From Mobula hypostoma (Eukaryota): a stretch of 64,000 nucleotides of DNA. Below are positions 13,524 to 25,980 of the stretch, in pieces; position 1 is the first letter of the stretch; each line of letters begins with the position of its first letter. The DNA lies in contig NC_086097.1 of assembly GCF_963921235.1 (NCBI RefSeq), positions 47,866,001 to 47,930,000 of the forward strand. The letters are read 5' to 3'. Under the pieces are notes generated by a model, which was not told where the DNA came from, made no database searches, and saw only the letters and a program-made list of their open reading frames with translations. The translations under genes and the position numbers were made by a program.

Positions 13524-13655
13524 AGTCCTGACGAAGGGTCTCGGCCTGAAACGTCAACTGCACGTCTTCCTAGAGATGCCGCCTGGCCTGCTGCGTTCAC
13601 CAGCAACTTTTATGTGTGTTGCTTGAATTTCCAGCATCTGCAGAATTCCTGTTGT
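13524..13655 (+). mobile_element. Short Penelope 3'-end insertion beginning at the hammerhead motif, with ~10-bp TSD
   Basis: Near-identical to 63081-63215. Flanked by TTCCATTTTG at 13513-13522 and 13656-13665. Confidence 0.8.
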
Positions 13656-14104
13656 TTCCATTTTGGAGGGATTTTTTGATTAAATATAGCTAACTTAATT
13701 TTTTCAAGTCAAATTTCTAATTTTGCCTCAGAATGTTTGAATTGAAATGGAAAACATAAATTCAGTAGATGTGAATGACGAGCCTGAAGATGTTCACCTG
13801 GTTGGTGCATCATTGTCAGTAAATACCTGAGGTATTTCAAAACCTATTTCAGACAAGGCATAATTAAAAACAGATGATCTATTTGTCTGAGTAGTAATAT
13901 GTTTGTAGAGGAAAAAAATATTGTTGAAGTCCAAAGGTTTACATTGGATGTTAGCTTTTCACATCTGTCCATGAAATCATTTGATAAGTTAGGAAATTAT
14001 GTTCTGTAGATGAATTTGGATCCTCCACATTGGGGGAGTGTAATTGGCCTAGCTTATAAATGATGTAATGCAGAATTTGTGTTTCAGAACTGAGAGCTTC
14101 CAGC

Positions 14105-14240
14105 AAGGAATCTTGATGAAGAGTCTTGGCCTGGAACATCAACTGTTATTCATCTTCATAGATGCTGCTTGACCTGCTGAGTTCCTCCTGCATGTTGTGC
14201 GTGCTGTTCAAGATTTCCAGCGTCTGCAGAAACACTTGTT
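14105..14240 (+). mobile_element. Old Penelope 3' tail
   Basis: Degenerate version of the same terminal sequence (..ATAGATGCTGCTTGACCTGCTGAGTTCCTCC..GATTTCCAGCGTCTGCAG). Confidence 0.7.
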
Positions 14241-14439
14241 TTATGATTCAGCATGGATGGAAATTGTGCCTATGCTGTGTTTACTCTGTATCAGTGCCAA
14301 CATTTGTAATACATTTTCCTTGGACGTACATGTCTATGAAGTAGGCCTGATTACTGTAAGTGGGGCCCAGATACATGCCATTGACCATAACTTAGGTCCT
14401 GAGAGAGTTATGAAACGCCACCTTTGATGTTATGAAAAC

Positions 14440-16320
14440 AAGTTATGAAACAACTTGCCCCTCACATCTCCTTTGAACTTGCCCATCACCTTAAATGCAT
14501 GCCTTCTTGTAGTAATTGTTTCAACCCTGGGAAAAAAATACTGCCCATCTACTCTATCTTTGCCTCTAATAATCTTGTAAACCTCTATCAGATCTGCCCT
14601 CAGCTTTCACCCTTCCAGAGAAAACAATACATGTTTGTCCAACCTCTAATCCAGGCGGCATCCAGGTATACTTCTTCTGCACCCTCTTCAAAGTCTTGAT
14701 ATCCTTCCTATAATGTGGTAACAATACTCCAAATGTAGCCTAACTAGAGTTCCATAAAGCTGCAACATAACCTCCTGACTTTTGAATTCAATGGGTGAAT
14801 TAATTAAGGCAAGCATGCCATTGGCCTTCTTAACCACCCTATCAATCTGTGCAGCCACTTTCAGGGGGCTATCAATTTGGACTACAAGATCCCTCTATTC
14901 ATCAATACTCTCAATAGTCTTGCCCTTAAATGTTCTGTCTCTTTATATATGACCTACCAAGGTGCATCCTTTCACATTTGGCTGGGTTAAATTCCATCTA
15001 CTATTTCTCCGCCCATATCTATAACTGATCTATATCCTGCTGTGTTTTTGCCAGTCTTTTACGCTTATCCACAACACCACCAATCTTTGTTTCATCTGCA
15101 AATTTACTAATGCACCAATCTACATTTTCACCCAAGTAATTTGTATACATACAAATAGTAGAGAATTTCCCTACCACTGATGTGAGACTCATCTATTGTT
15201 TCCAGGATTATCCCAAGTTCTCTTCTTGTATAGTGGAACAACATTAGCTACTTGCCTGTCTTTTGGAGCATCGCCTGTGACTAGAGAGGGCGCAAGGATA
15301 TTGGTCAGGTCTCAACACTCTCTTGTCTCTCTCAATAACCTGGGCTATATCCCATCAGACCCAGGGTATGTATCCACCCTAATGTTCTTTAAGAGATCCA
15401 ACACCACCTCCTCTCTTACCTCAAAATGCCTGAGCACATCAGTATGCTCAGCACTCGTCTCCCTATCCTCCAAGTCCTTCTCCGTTTAAATATTAATGTA
15501 AAGTATTCATTGAAGACTTTGGCCACATCTTCTTCATCCAAGAAGATGTCCCACCTTTATCCTTGAATGGTCTTGCCCTCTCTCTAGTTAGCATCTTATT
15601 CTTGATGTACACATAGAAGGCCTTGAGATTCTCTTTAATCCTACTTGCCCAGGACTTTTCATGGCCCCTCCTGGCTTTTTTACTTCCCTTCTCAATTTCC
15701 TTTCTAACTTCTTTATAACTTCTTTTTGATTCTAGCTTCCTAAGCTTTACATAGTTTTTGTTTCCCTTTTCCTTCTTGACTAAATTCATCACCCCTCTCG
15801 ACATTACTCAACACCAGGTCCAGTACAGCCCTTCCTCTAGTTGGACTATCTACATATTGATTTAATAAACTTTCCTAGATACACTTGACAAATTCAGTCC
15901 CACCTAAACCTCTTGCAATTAGTAGGTCCCAGTTTATATTAGGGAAGTTGAAGTCCCACATGATAACAACCCTTTTAATTTTACACCTTTCCTTAATCTG
16001 CCTGCATATTTGTTCTTCAATCTCTGGTAGCTATTGATAGGTCTGTAGTGTAATTCCATCAGTGATTGCACAGTTCCTATTTCTGAGTTCTACCTCTATA
16101 CTGTAGACTCAGTGGACGAACCCTCCATTGTGTCCCCTCTGAGCACAGCTCTGATATTGTCCCTGAATAATAGTGCAACTCCCCACCATTCCCCTCTTTT
16201 ACCACCATCTCTATCTTTTCTAAAACATTGAAACCCTGGGACATTAAGCACCCATATCTGTTCCCCTCTCCACCACATCTCTGTAATGGCCACAACATCA
16301 GAGGTCCATTGAACCACCTA
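14440..16320 (-). mobile_element. Degenerate, internally deleted CR1 LINE
   Basis: DVVAITEMW (APE), ARRGHEKSWASRIKENLKAFYVYIK, RT remnants. Confidence 0.8.
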
Positions 16321-16555
16321 AAGCCACCTTTGCATTACAGTATTTACAAATGTAATATTCTTAGTTATGTGCTTTGAAGAAAAGTAGTGGGTTCAGCCTG
16401 ATATTGCAGGCTCACCTATGATAGTGTGAGAAAATACACTGATGCCAAACATCCATTAGTTAACAGCTCTAATATGTATATTTGATATATGCTCCAGCCA
16501 TAGAGCTTTGTTTTATATGAAAATCTGCAAGAGGATTGATTGCATTAAATGTTTA

Positions 16556-19362
16556 TGTTATACTTTATACTTTATTGTCGCCAAACAATTGATACTAGAA
16601 CGTACAATCATCACAGCGATATTTGACTCTGCGCTTCCCGCTCTCTGGATTACAAATCGATAGTAAATATTAAAAATTTAAATTATAAATCATAAATAGA
16701 AAATAGAAAAATGGAAAATAAGGTAGTACAAAAAAACCGAGAGGCAGGTCCAGATATTTGGAGGGTACGGCCCAGATCCGGGTCAGGATCCGTCCAGCAG
16801 TCTTATCACAGTTGGAAAGAAGCTGTTCCCAAATCTGGCCGTATGAGTCTTCAAGCTCCTGAGCCTTCTCTCGGAGGGAAGAGGGACGAAAAGTGTGTTG
16901 GCTGGGTGGATTGTGTCCTTGATTATCCTGGCAGCTCTGCTCCAACAGCATGCGGTGTAAAGTGAGTCCAAGGACAGAAGATTGGTTTGTGTGATGTGCT
17001 GCGCCGTGTTCACAATCTTCTGCAGCTTCTTTCAGTCTTGGACAGGACAACTTCCATACCAGGTTGTGATGCACCCTAGAAGAATGCTTTCTACGGTGCA
17101 TCTATAAAAATCAGTGAGGGTTTTAGGGGACAGGCCAAATTTCTTTAGTTTTCTCAGGAAGTAAAGGCGCTGGTGGGTCTTCTTGGCAGTGGACTCTGCT
17201 TGGTTGGACCAAGTCAGGTCATTTGTGATATTGACCCCGAGGAACTTAAAGATTTTGACCTGTTCCACTTGTGCACCACTGATGTAAATGGGGTTGTGCG
17301 GTCCTCTACTCCTTCTGAAGTCAACAACCAATTCCTTCGTCTTGCTGACGTTGAGGGATAGGTTATTGTCTTCGCACCATGCCACCAGGTTCTTAATTTC
17401 CTCTCTGTACTCAAACTCATCATTACCCGAGACACAGCCTACAATTGTTGTGTCATCAGCAAACTTATATATTGAGTTCGATGGAAACTTGGCTACACAA
17501 TCATGGGTATACAGTGAGCACAGGAGGGGGCTGAGTACACAGCCTTGTGGGGCACCGGTGCTCAGAGTGATTGTAGAGGAGAGCTTGTCCCCTATTTTTA
17601 CAGCCTGGGTCCTGTCTGTGAAGAAGTTGAAGATCCAGCTGCGGATCTGAGTGCTAAGGCCCAGGTTCTGGAGCTTTGGAATCAGTTTATTTAGAATGAT
17701 GGTATTAGAAGCAGAGCTGTAGTCAATGAAAAGGAGCCTTATGTATGTGTCTTTATTCTCCAGGCGTTCTAAGGAAGAATGTAGAGCCAGAGAGATGGCA
17801 TCTGCCGTTGACCTGTTGCTCCAGTAGGCGAATTGCAAAGCATCAGGGTTGACCGGTAGGCTGTGGTTGATGTGTGCCATAACTAGTTGCTCGAAGCACT
17901 TCATAGCAATTGATGTCAAAGCCACAAATCGATAGTCATTCAGGCATGCCACCTTGCTCTTCTTCGGCACTGGGATTATCGTTGCCTTCTTAAAACATGA
18001 GGGGATCTTAGTCTGAAGCAAGGAGCAGTTGAACATGTCAACAAACACTCCAGCTAGCTCGCTTGCACAGGCCCAGAGAACCCATCTGGGGACGCCATCT
18101 GGGCCCGTCGCCTTCCTTGGATTTATCTTCAGGAAGGCCCATCTAACGTCCTCCTCGGTGACGATGAATCTCGATGCCACCGGGTCCGGGTCATCCAGAG
18201 GGAGTGGGACGCTCCTCTTCTGTTCGAATCTTGCGTAGAATACGTTAAGTTCGTCAGGAAAAGAAGCGCTACTGTTATTGATATTCCCAGCCTTTTCTTT
18301 GTACCCAGTGATCTCATTTAGACCTTGCCATAGTCTACTGGCATCTCTCTGGTTAGCCTGGGCTTCCAACTTGGCTTGATATTGCCTCTTGGCGCCCTTA
18401 ATGGCTTTCCGGAGTTCACGCCTGGATTCCATGTAGCGACTGGTATCCCCGGACCTAGAAGCCTCAGCTCTAGCCTCTAAAAGGGACTTGACCTCATAAT
18501 TCATCCAAGGTTTCCGGTTAGGGAATACCCGGATCGTCTTGCGAGACACACAGTCCTCCATGCATTTCCAAATAATGTCTATAACAGCTGAGGCATACTC
18601 ATCGAGGTTAGCTGCCGAGGCCTTGAATACTAACCAGTCCACCGATTCAAAGCAGTCACAGAGGGCCTCATCTGTTTCCTCCGTCCAACGCGACACTACT
18701 TTTGACACCGTGACCTCCCGCTTCAGTTTCTGTTTGTAAGCCGGGAGGAGTACGGCCTGATGGTCTGATTTTCCGAAGTGGGGTCATGGGATGGAACGGT
18801 AGGCATCCTTGACTGCTGTGTAGCAGTGGTCAATTATATTCGGGCCTCTAGTGAGGCAGGAGACATGTTGATATAACTTTGGCAGCGCCTTTCTGAGGTT
18901 GGCCTGGTTAAAGTCCCCGGCTGTAATGAGCAAAGCCTCCGGATACCTGGTCTCAACTTCACTGATGTTGGCATACAGTATGTTCAGAGCACACTCCACG
19001 TCCGCCTGGGGGGGGAATGTAGACCGCTATCAGTATGACCGAAGTGAATTCCCATGGCAGATAGTAGGGATGACACTTCACCGACAAGTGTTCCAAGTTT
19101 GGGCTGCAGGAGCTTGTCAGTGCCACTGTGTCTGAGCACCATGCAGTGTTGACCAGTAGGCAGACACCACCTTCCCTCGTCTTGCCCGAAGATGCCGTGC
19201 AGTCCATCCGATGAATCGAAAATCCCTCCGGTCGGATGGCACAGTCGGAGGTGGCAGGGGAGAGCCAGGTCTCGGTGAAACAGAATACACAGCAGTTCTG
19301 CATCTCCCTGTAGTCGGTGAGTCTCCCTTTAAGATCATCCACCTTGTTCTCTCTGGCTTGCA
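16556..19362 (-). mobile_element. Rex1/Babar-type LINE, 5'-truncated, fairly young
   Basis: APE FCFTETWL..SIHRMD..GGVC, long RT ORF, 3' tail AATAAAGTATAAAGTATAA. Confidence 0.9.
17032..18708 (-). CDS. Reverse transcriptase ORF (558 aa, partial ORF2) of the Rex/Babar LINE
   Basis: FPNRKPW, KATGPDG, LNDYRFVALTS, LFIDYSS, GAPQGCVLSP, YKFADDT. Separated from the APE and C-terminus by stops or frameshifts. Confidence 0.85.
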   Translation of the reverse strand: MSKVVSRWTEETDEALCDCFESVDWLVFKASAANLDEYASAVIDIIWKCMEDCVSRKTIRVFPNRKPWMNYEVKSLLEARAEASRSGDTSRYMESRRELRKAIKGAKRQYQAKLEAQANQRDASRLWQGLNEITGYKEKAGNINNSSASFPDELNVFYARFEQKRSVPLPLDDPDPVASRFIVTEEDVRWAFLKINPRKATGPDGVPRWVLWACASELAGVFVDMFNCSLLQTKIPSCFKKATIIPVPKKSKVACLNDYRFVALTSIAMKCFEQLVMAHINHSLPVNPDALQFAYWSNRSTADAISLALHSSLERLENKDTYIRLLFIDYSSASNTIILNKLIPKLQNLGLSTQIRSWIFNFFTDRTQAVKIGDKLSSTITLSTGAPQGCVLSPLLCSLYTHDCVAKFPSNSIYKFADDTTIVGCVSGNDEFEYREEIKNLVAWCEDNNLSLNVSKTKELVVDFRRSRGPHNPIYISGAQVEQVKIFKFLGVNITNDLTWSNQAESTAKKTHQRLYFLRKLKKFGLSPKTLTDFYRCTVESILLGCITTWYGSCPVQD

Positions 19363-20714
19363 CATATTATTCACTGTGTTTCTTTCTTGTTGCTTAATAT
19401 ATCGTATTTGGCTTCCTTAAATAAGAGTAGTGAAATGAGTCATTTGCATGTCACTAACACTGCTGTTTTAGTTTTTGAAATTACAAATGCTTTATTTAAA
19501 ACCATAGATTTTCTAATATTGTATTACCTTATACAATATGATTGACAGGCACCTGAACTAGAGGGGAACTAATACACTTGGGGGAAGTTTTTCTAGTGCT
19601 GCATAGGGGGTGGGGGAGCTATTAAACTGGAGCTGCAGGGGAATAGGAAGCAGTGGAGTGATGTTAAGCGTACATGCAAGGTCAAAAATTGAAAAGTTGA
19701 GAACGGTGGGAATAATATTCTGAGTTGTGTGTTTTTCAATGCAACAAATATTGTAGGAAAGGCAGATTACTTCAGGGCATGGATCAGCATGTGGAATTAA
19801 GACAGTTGTAGCTATTAGTAAGACTTGGTTGCAGAAGGGACAGGACTAGCACTCAATGTTCCAGGGTTCTATTGTTTAAGACATGATAGAGCAGGAGGGA
19901 CCAAAGGGAGAATGATGGCATTACTAGTCAGGGAAAGACAATGTTCAGATAGGACAGACTGGAGAGCTAGTTTATTGGGGCTATATAGGGGGAAATGAGG
20001 AATAAGAAAAGGATGACCATATTAATGGGATTATATTACAGACCAACCAATAGTCAGTAAGATTTAGAGAAGAATATTTGGAAATACAGTATTACAGAAT
20101 ATGGCCAGAAACACTAAGTTTCTTGCTTATAAGGTTTCTTGATTTTAACTTTCTACATATTGAATGGTAATCCCATACCGTAAAAGGGCTGGATGGGATA
20201 GAGTTTGTCAAATGTATTCAGGAAAGTTTCATTGCTCAATATGTAGAGTTCCCAATGAGAGGGAGTACAGTACTAGATCTCCTATTAGCAAGTAAGACAG
20301 GACAAATGTCAGAAGTTTGTTTAGGAGAACACTTTGCATCTGTTGATCATAATGCCGTTAGTTTCAATATAATTATGGAGAAGAATAAGTCTGGTCTTCA
20401 GGTTGAGATTCTAAATTGGAGAAAGGCCAAATTTGATGGTATCAGAAAGGATCTAGCAAGTGTGGATTGGGACGGGTTGTTTTCAGGCAAAGGTGTGCTT
20501 GGTAAGTGGGTGGCCTTCAAAAGTAACGTTTTGAGTGGACAGAGTTTGTACATTCTTGTCAGAATAAAAGGAAAGGATAACAGGTTTCGGAAACCTTGGT
20601 TTCGAGAGATATTGAGGTCCTGGGTAGGAAGGAGGTTCATAGCAGGTATAGGCAGGAAGGAACAAGTAAGGTACATGAGGAGTGTAAGAAATGCAAGAGA
20701 ACACTTTAGAAGGA

Positions 20715-21001
20715 TACCAACCAAGACTTTCAAACATTGTGGGGACCTTTTTTTGAATTATTTTCAAAATCTTTGATTTGCTGTTGAAGCACAGATGATG
20801 ACTAATAATTTTCTTTTCCTTTTTTTCTTTACTAATCAGCTTTGGTCTTGGTAGTGGGTTAGATTTTTTTTATCAATGTTACAAATTAATTAATCTGTAT
20901 GAATATAGGATAAGGAGTCTTTATATGCGATTTAATATAATGTATTGATATTTTTTTGTACTCTATTATATGTAAAATTAATAATAAAAATATTGGAAAG
21001 A
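20715..21001 (+). mobile_element. L1 3'-end fragment inserted in the CR1
   Basis: Resembles 32385-32730. A-rich end; apparent TSD AGAAGGA at 20708-20714 and 21002-21008. Confidence 0.7.
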
Positions 21002-21084
21002 AGAAGGAAACCAGGAGAGCTAAAAGAAGGCATGACGTAGCTCTAGCAGACAAGGTGAAGGAGAATACAGAGGATTTCACTATA

Positions 21085-21410
21085 TGTATGTATTTATTTA
21101 TCTATTTATTTGGAGATAGAGTGTGGAATAGGCCTACTGCCCTTTGAGCAACACTATTCAGTAACCCCGCCCCCCCCACCCACAGACACAACTCCAATTT
21201 AACTCTAACCTAATGGTGGGACAATTTACAATAACCAATTCACCTACCCAGTACATCTTTGGATTGTGAGAGGAACCAAAGAAAACCCATGCTTTCCAAT
21301 GGGAGGACATAGAACGACTCCTTACAGAGGATGCTGGGATTGAACTCCAAACTCCAATGTCTTGAACCATAATAGTGTCATGCTAATGGCTACATTACTG
21401 CAGTGCCCCA
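21085..21410 (-). mobile_element. tRNA-derived SINE (V-SINE-like)
   Basis: Degenerate A/B-box head (..TAGCCATTAGC..GGAGTTCAATCCC) and (AAAT)n tail; similar to 39135-39395. Confidence 0.65.
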
Positions 21411-23299
21411 AATGCATTAACAGATCTGCAGAGGTATTAAGAGCAAAATGATTGCAAATGACAAAGTAGATGAGTGGTCATCTATGCATGGAACCGAAAG
21501 GGATGGGGGAGAGCTTTATGCATTTGTATTTACTCAGGAGGTGGATGCAGAGTCTATAGAACTGAGGCAAATCAGCAGGAGGTTAGAGACCATATTCAGA
21601 TTATAGAGGAGGAGGTATTTGCTATATGAAGCAAGTTAGGGTGGAATAATCCCTAGGGCCTGACAAGATGTTCCCTTGGTCTTTATGGGAGGCTAGTGCA
21701 GAAATTATAGGGTCCTAGCAGAGATGCTCAAAAAAGTATGAGCAACAGCTGAGGTAACAGAGGATTGGAAGATAGGTAATATTGTTCCATTGTTTATATA
21801 TAAGCTGGAAAATTATAGGCCGGTGAGCTTGGCTTCGGTAGTAGGTAAGTTATTGGAAGGTATGCAAAGGAACTGCATATATAAGTATTTGCATAGAAAC
21901 AGACTGTTTAGACATAGCTATCATGTCCTTGTTCGTGGTAGGTGGTGTGTAACCAATCTTACAGAGTTTTTTGAGGAGGTTACCAGGAAAGACAGTGGTT
22001 ATTGTCTACATGGACTTTGGCAAGGCTTTTGACAAGGTCCGTATGGGAGGTGGTCAAGAAGATTCAGTTGCTTTGATTAGACATGGGCTTCACAGGAGAA
22101 GCCAGAGGGTAGTAATAGATGGTTGCCTCTGGATCAACCTGTGACTGGAGGCCAGGGACTAGTGGTGTGCCACAGGGATTGGTGCTGGGTCTGTTGTTGT
22201 TTGTCTTGTATATCAATGATCTGGATAATAATGTAATAGACTGGATCAGTAAATTTGGAGTTGACACCATGATTGGGGCTGTATTAGATAGTGAGGAAGA
22301 CTATTAAAGCCTGCAGCAGGATCTGAACCAGCTGGAAAACTGAGCTGGGAAATGGTAGGTGGAATTTAATGTAGACAAGTGAGAGCTGTTACACTTTGGG
22401 AGGACACACCAGGGTACAATGCACACCGTTAGCAGTAGGACTCTGAGAAGTGTGGTAGAACAGAGGGGTCTGGGAATACAGATTCATAATTCCTTTAAAG
22501 TGGCATCACAAGGAGATAGGGTCATAAAGAGGGCCTTTGGCACATTGGCCTTCATAAATCAAAGTATTGAATACAGAACTTGGAATGTTATGTTGAAACA
22601 TGTTATATGTTAATATATGTGAATGGTATATATCATCATGCCACTATATCATACGTGAATGTCTCGCTGAAAGTAGAAACAAAACTAAGATGCGCCATTC
22701 ATGGGGCAATTGTTTTTTTTTTACTATGTGATTAAATACATTCAACTTTTATTTTGATAAGCAGTTTCAGATCTGTATTAGGTCACTTCCTGTGCAGTCA
22801 GAAAGTAAGAAGTAGGAAAACACATTGGCTGGCAGAAGGCCAGAGGTTTATATTAGGAGCAAAATAAGTTTCAATCTAAAGGCATCCTATTGTTTACCCA
22901 TTAGAAGTTGATGTTATATTGTTTACAAGTTAATCTAAAGATATTGAGGTTTGCTGAAATAAAATTGTATTTTTGAGTTTATTAGACACCAGCCTAGATG
23001 CTAATAGATTACACATAATATTTTCCTGTAGTATTTACTTGTCAGAATCCTATAATATTTACCTGCAGGAATCTTAACTAAGTTCTTATTTATCTGTGTA
23101 TATTTACTAGTATGAATGGAACACTGTGCTAATTGCGCTATATTTTGGGTTTTTTTCAGTTTCATTCCTTATTCACTATGTTATGCTATTGAGTCGGCAA
23201 TAAAACCAAGGAGCTGGGATGCTATACCCTGACTCTTGTGTCATTTTTGAATGGAGTTTGGCTGACTGTCTAGTTGAGGTAACAACACCTTAGCGAGGG

Positions 23300-24030
23300 C
23301 AGTACACACATTCTGGACTCCCTCATTTTTCTTTCAATTAGTTGATGTTAGATTGTTTACGTTTTAGAGTTACAAAACATAACAGTAGGGATGAGGAAGT
23401 TTTAAATGAACCCAAGATGACAAGCAATATGGCTTACACCAGAAGTGAACGGCAAATTAATTAAAATGGAATTGGACACCAGTTTGGCTGTTTCAGTCAT
23501 TCCACAAAATGAGTTTGAATGGTATTTCAAAGATACTGAACTGAAGCCTGCAGATATCCAAATAATAACTTATGCTGGATAAAAGATAACTCCTGTTGGA
23601 ATGACATTCATAACAATGCAATACAACAACCAACAAGCCACATTGGATTTCTCAAAACTATCTTGGGCTTGTATGTGGTTAAACCTGGAGGGCCAACATT
23701 GTAATGGCTAAGCCAATTAAAACTTGATTGGAGAGCCATCCACCATTTGCATGCCATATCCCTTGCAGCGGAGTCAACTGAAAATGAATTAAGAAAGGTA
23801 CTGGATGATGCCACAGCATTGTTCAAGGATGATATTAGAAAGCACAAACATATCAAGAGTAAAATTGTGTTAAATGCAAATGCCACATCCATGTTTTACA
23901 AAGCCCATTCAGTTTCTTATACCATCCCTGATAAAGTAGCCAGTGAGCCACAATAGATCAGATGGTGGTATTTGTATCTGTACTCTGGCAGAAAGCTATG
24001 AACAAGGTGCTGCAAGGCTTTCTAGACACT
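23300..24030 (+). mobile_element. Gypsy remnant: LTR end, degenerate PBS, protease, spacer, RT scrap
   Basis: ..AAACATAACA/GTAGGGATGAGG, MELDTSLAVSVIP-like protease, LWQKAMNKVLQG. A probable LTR start also lies at ~22600-22690. Confidence 0.65.
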
Positions 24031-24585
24031 CATTTTACAGAGGGCTGTGGTCTGGATGCAGGTCAATGGAACTAGGTAATTTAATGATTTGCATTGCATG
24101 TATGGGGTGAAGGACCTGTTTCTGTGCTGTAGTTTTCAATGTGTCTATAATGCATTCTTCCTCTGAATAGCTTATACAATAGGGTCTTGCAGATACAATA
24201 GGGTCTTAGGTACATGGAGCTTAGAAAAAGAGAGGGCTATGTGCTTGGGAAATTCTAGACAGTTTCTAGAGTAGGTTACATTGTTGACATAACATTGTGG
24301 ACCGAAGGGCCTGTAATGTGCTGTAGATTTCTGTTCTATGTGAACCCATTTGGTGAAAACAGTCATTTCTCTAGCCTTGCATAAGTATTTAATGGTACCA
24401 GGCAGATTACATTTTTGGGTGGAGAGGATGAACATTTCCTTCCATTTTGCATATGTTAGTAATTCTCTGTTTTGTGTTGTCTCTTTAGGACTGGCAGATT
24501 AAGAAAAAGTTACATTGGTGCTTTGTGTATTTTAGGTTGGAATCCAGTTATTTGTGCCTCTATATTGGAAGAACATGATCTAGAA

Positions 24586-25545
24586 CAGGGGTCCCCAACC
24601 TTTGTTGCACTGCGGACCGGTTTATTATTGACAATATTCTCGCAGACTGGCCGACCGGGGGTTGGGGGGGGGCGCGGTGTTAGGGTTGCCAACGGTCAAA
24701 AGTAGCAGTCAAGTACGTTGTGTTTACCCTGAGAAAGACTACCATGACCATAAAGCCTTGCACGGGCACCAGTGCGCATGCGTGTACGTGCCGATTTTTT
24801 TTCAACAAATCGTTTTTGGCGATTCTGTTCAGGGGTGGGGGTGGTGTTAATCACGACCAGAATATAGGTGATAAATGGCTAACACACTCAATTTTGTTTC
24901 TAAAAAGCTTTATCTGACGAATTTAATATTGAACACACAGTGCATATTTTCCTCGCATGAATATAGTGATAAGTCAATTATAAGTCAATAGCATCATTAC
25001 ATTTTAAGTAACGTTTAGATATTAAACACACAGCACATATTTTTCCCATATGATCATATAAAATGATTGCAACACACCAACATGGCTGTATCAGTGGGAG
25101 CCCTGGGCTTGTTTTCCTGCAACAAGACGGTGCCATCGAGGGGTGATAGGAGACAACGATACTCGAAGGGGGTTCCTTATGTCCAGTCTATTCCGCAGTT
25201 TAGTTTTCGTTGCATTCATTGCAGAGATATGTTGGAAATGGAAGTAACGTTTTCAGTGCTTTCATGGCTATCTCAGGATATTTAGCCTTGACTTTGATCC
25301 AGAATGCCAGCAGAGATGTTATGTCAAACATACTTTTCAGCCTGTCGTCATTTGCAAGTTCGAGGAGTTGATCTCCTTCCCACGCTGACATGGATGACGC
25401 ATGGGTAATGAGCTCGCGTGCGTTCAAGCTCAACAGTGGATGTGACGGAATGAGGAAAGGTGCAGCTGACTCATATCGCCAAATCATATCGTTTCCTCGC
25501 GGCCCCGTAGCACATGCTTTGCGGCCCGGTGGCTGGGGACCGCTG
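24586..25545 (-). mobile_element. Non-autonomous hAT (Charlie/Buster-type) DNA transposon, 960 bp
   Basis: TIRs CAGGGGTCCCCA / TGGGGACCGCTG. 8-bp TSD ATCTAGAA at 24578-24585 and 25546-25553. Dimerisation-domain remnant FWIKVKAKYPEIAMKALKTLLPFPTYLC. Confidence 0.93.
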
Positions 25546-25980
25546 ATCTAGAAGTTACGTTTGATGTGCATTTTGTTGATACTGACAAGTTGGATGTGGT
25601 ATTATGTTACTCTGAGTTTAAGAAACTTATTCTGATTTTGTGCTCTAGTGTTCTACGACTCTATAGACTACTTTTCAGAATTCTGTGAGTTGCAGACACT
25701 AATCTTTTATCTTATGCTATGTGTCTATGCATTTCCTGGCTAATAGGTAGAGAGGAAATTATCTTACATTATGTTCAAAGTTCTTCTCATAATATTTTCA
25801 TGGGTCTCTCTCCACACCCCTCCTCCCCATGGGGACAGGTAGTTAATTTTAATTTGAGTAATAATAATTTCACTGACTGTTACCATGTTGTGATTGCCTT
25901 TACAAATCAATGAGTCTTCAGAGGGACACTACCAACTTCCCAGAAAAAGCATTTTTAGAAATGACAGTGCCTTGTAAAAT

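Larger units (their letters stand above)
19550..22600 (+). mobile_element. Degenerate CR1 LINE interrupted by an L1 tail and a SINE
   Basis: RGSTVLDLLL..DHNAV..LNWRKAKF, ENYRPVSLASVVGKLLE, SGVPQGLVLG. Confidence 0.85.

Noticed and set aside
23160..23280. AG/GT-bounded segment
   Set aside because: Stops in all three frames.
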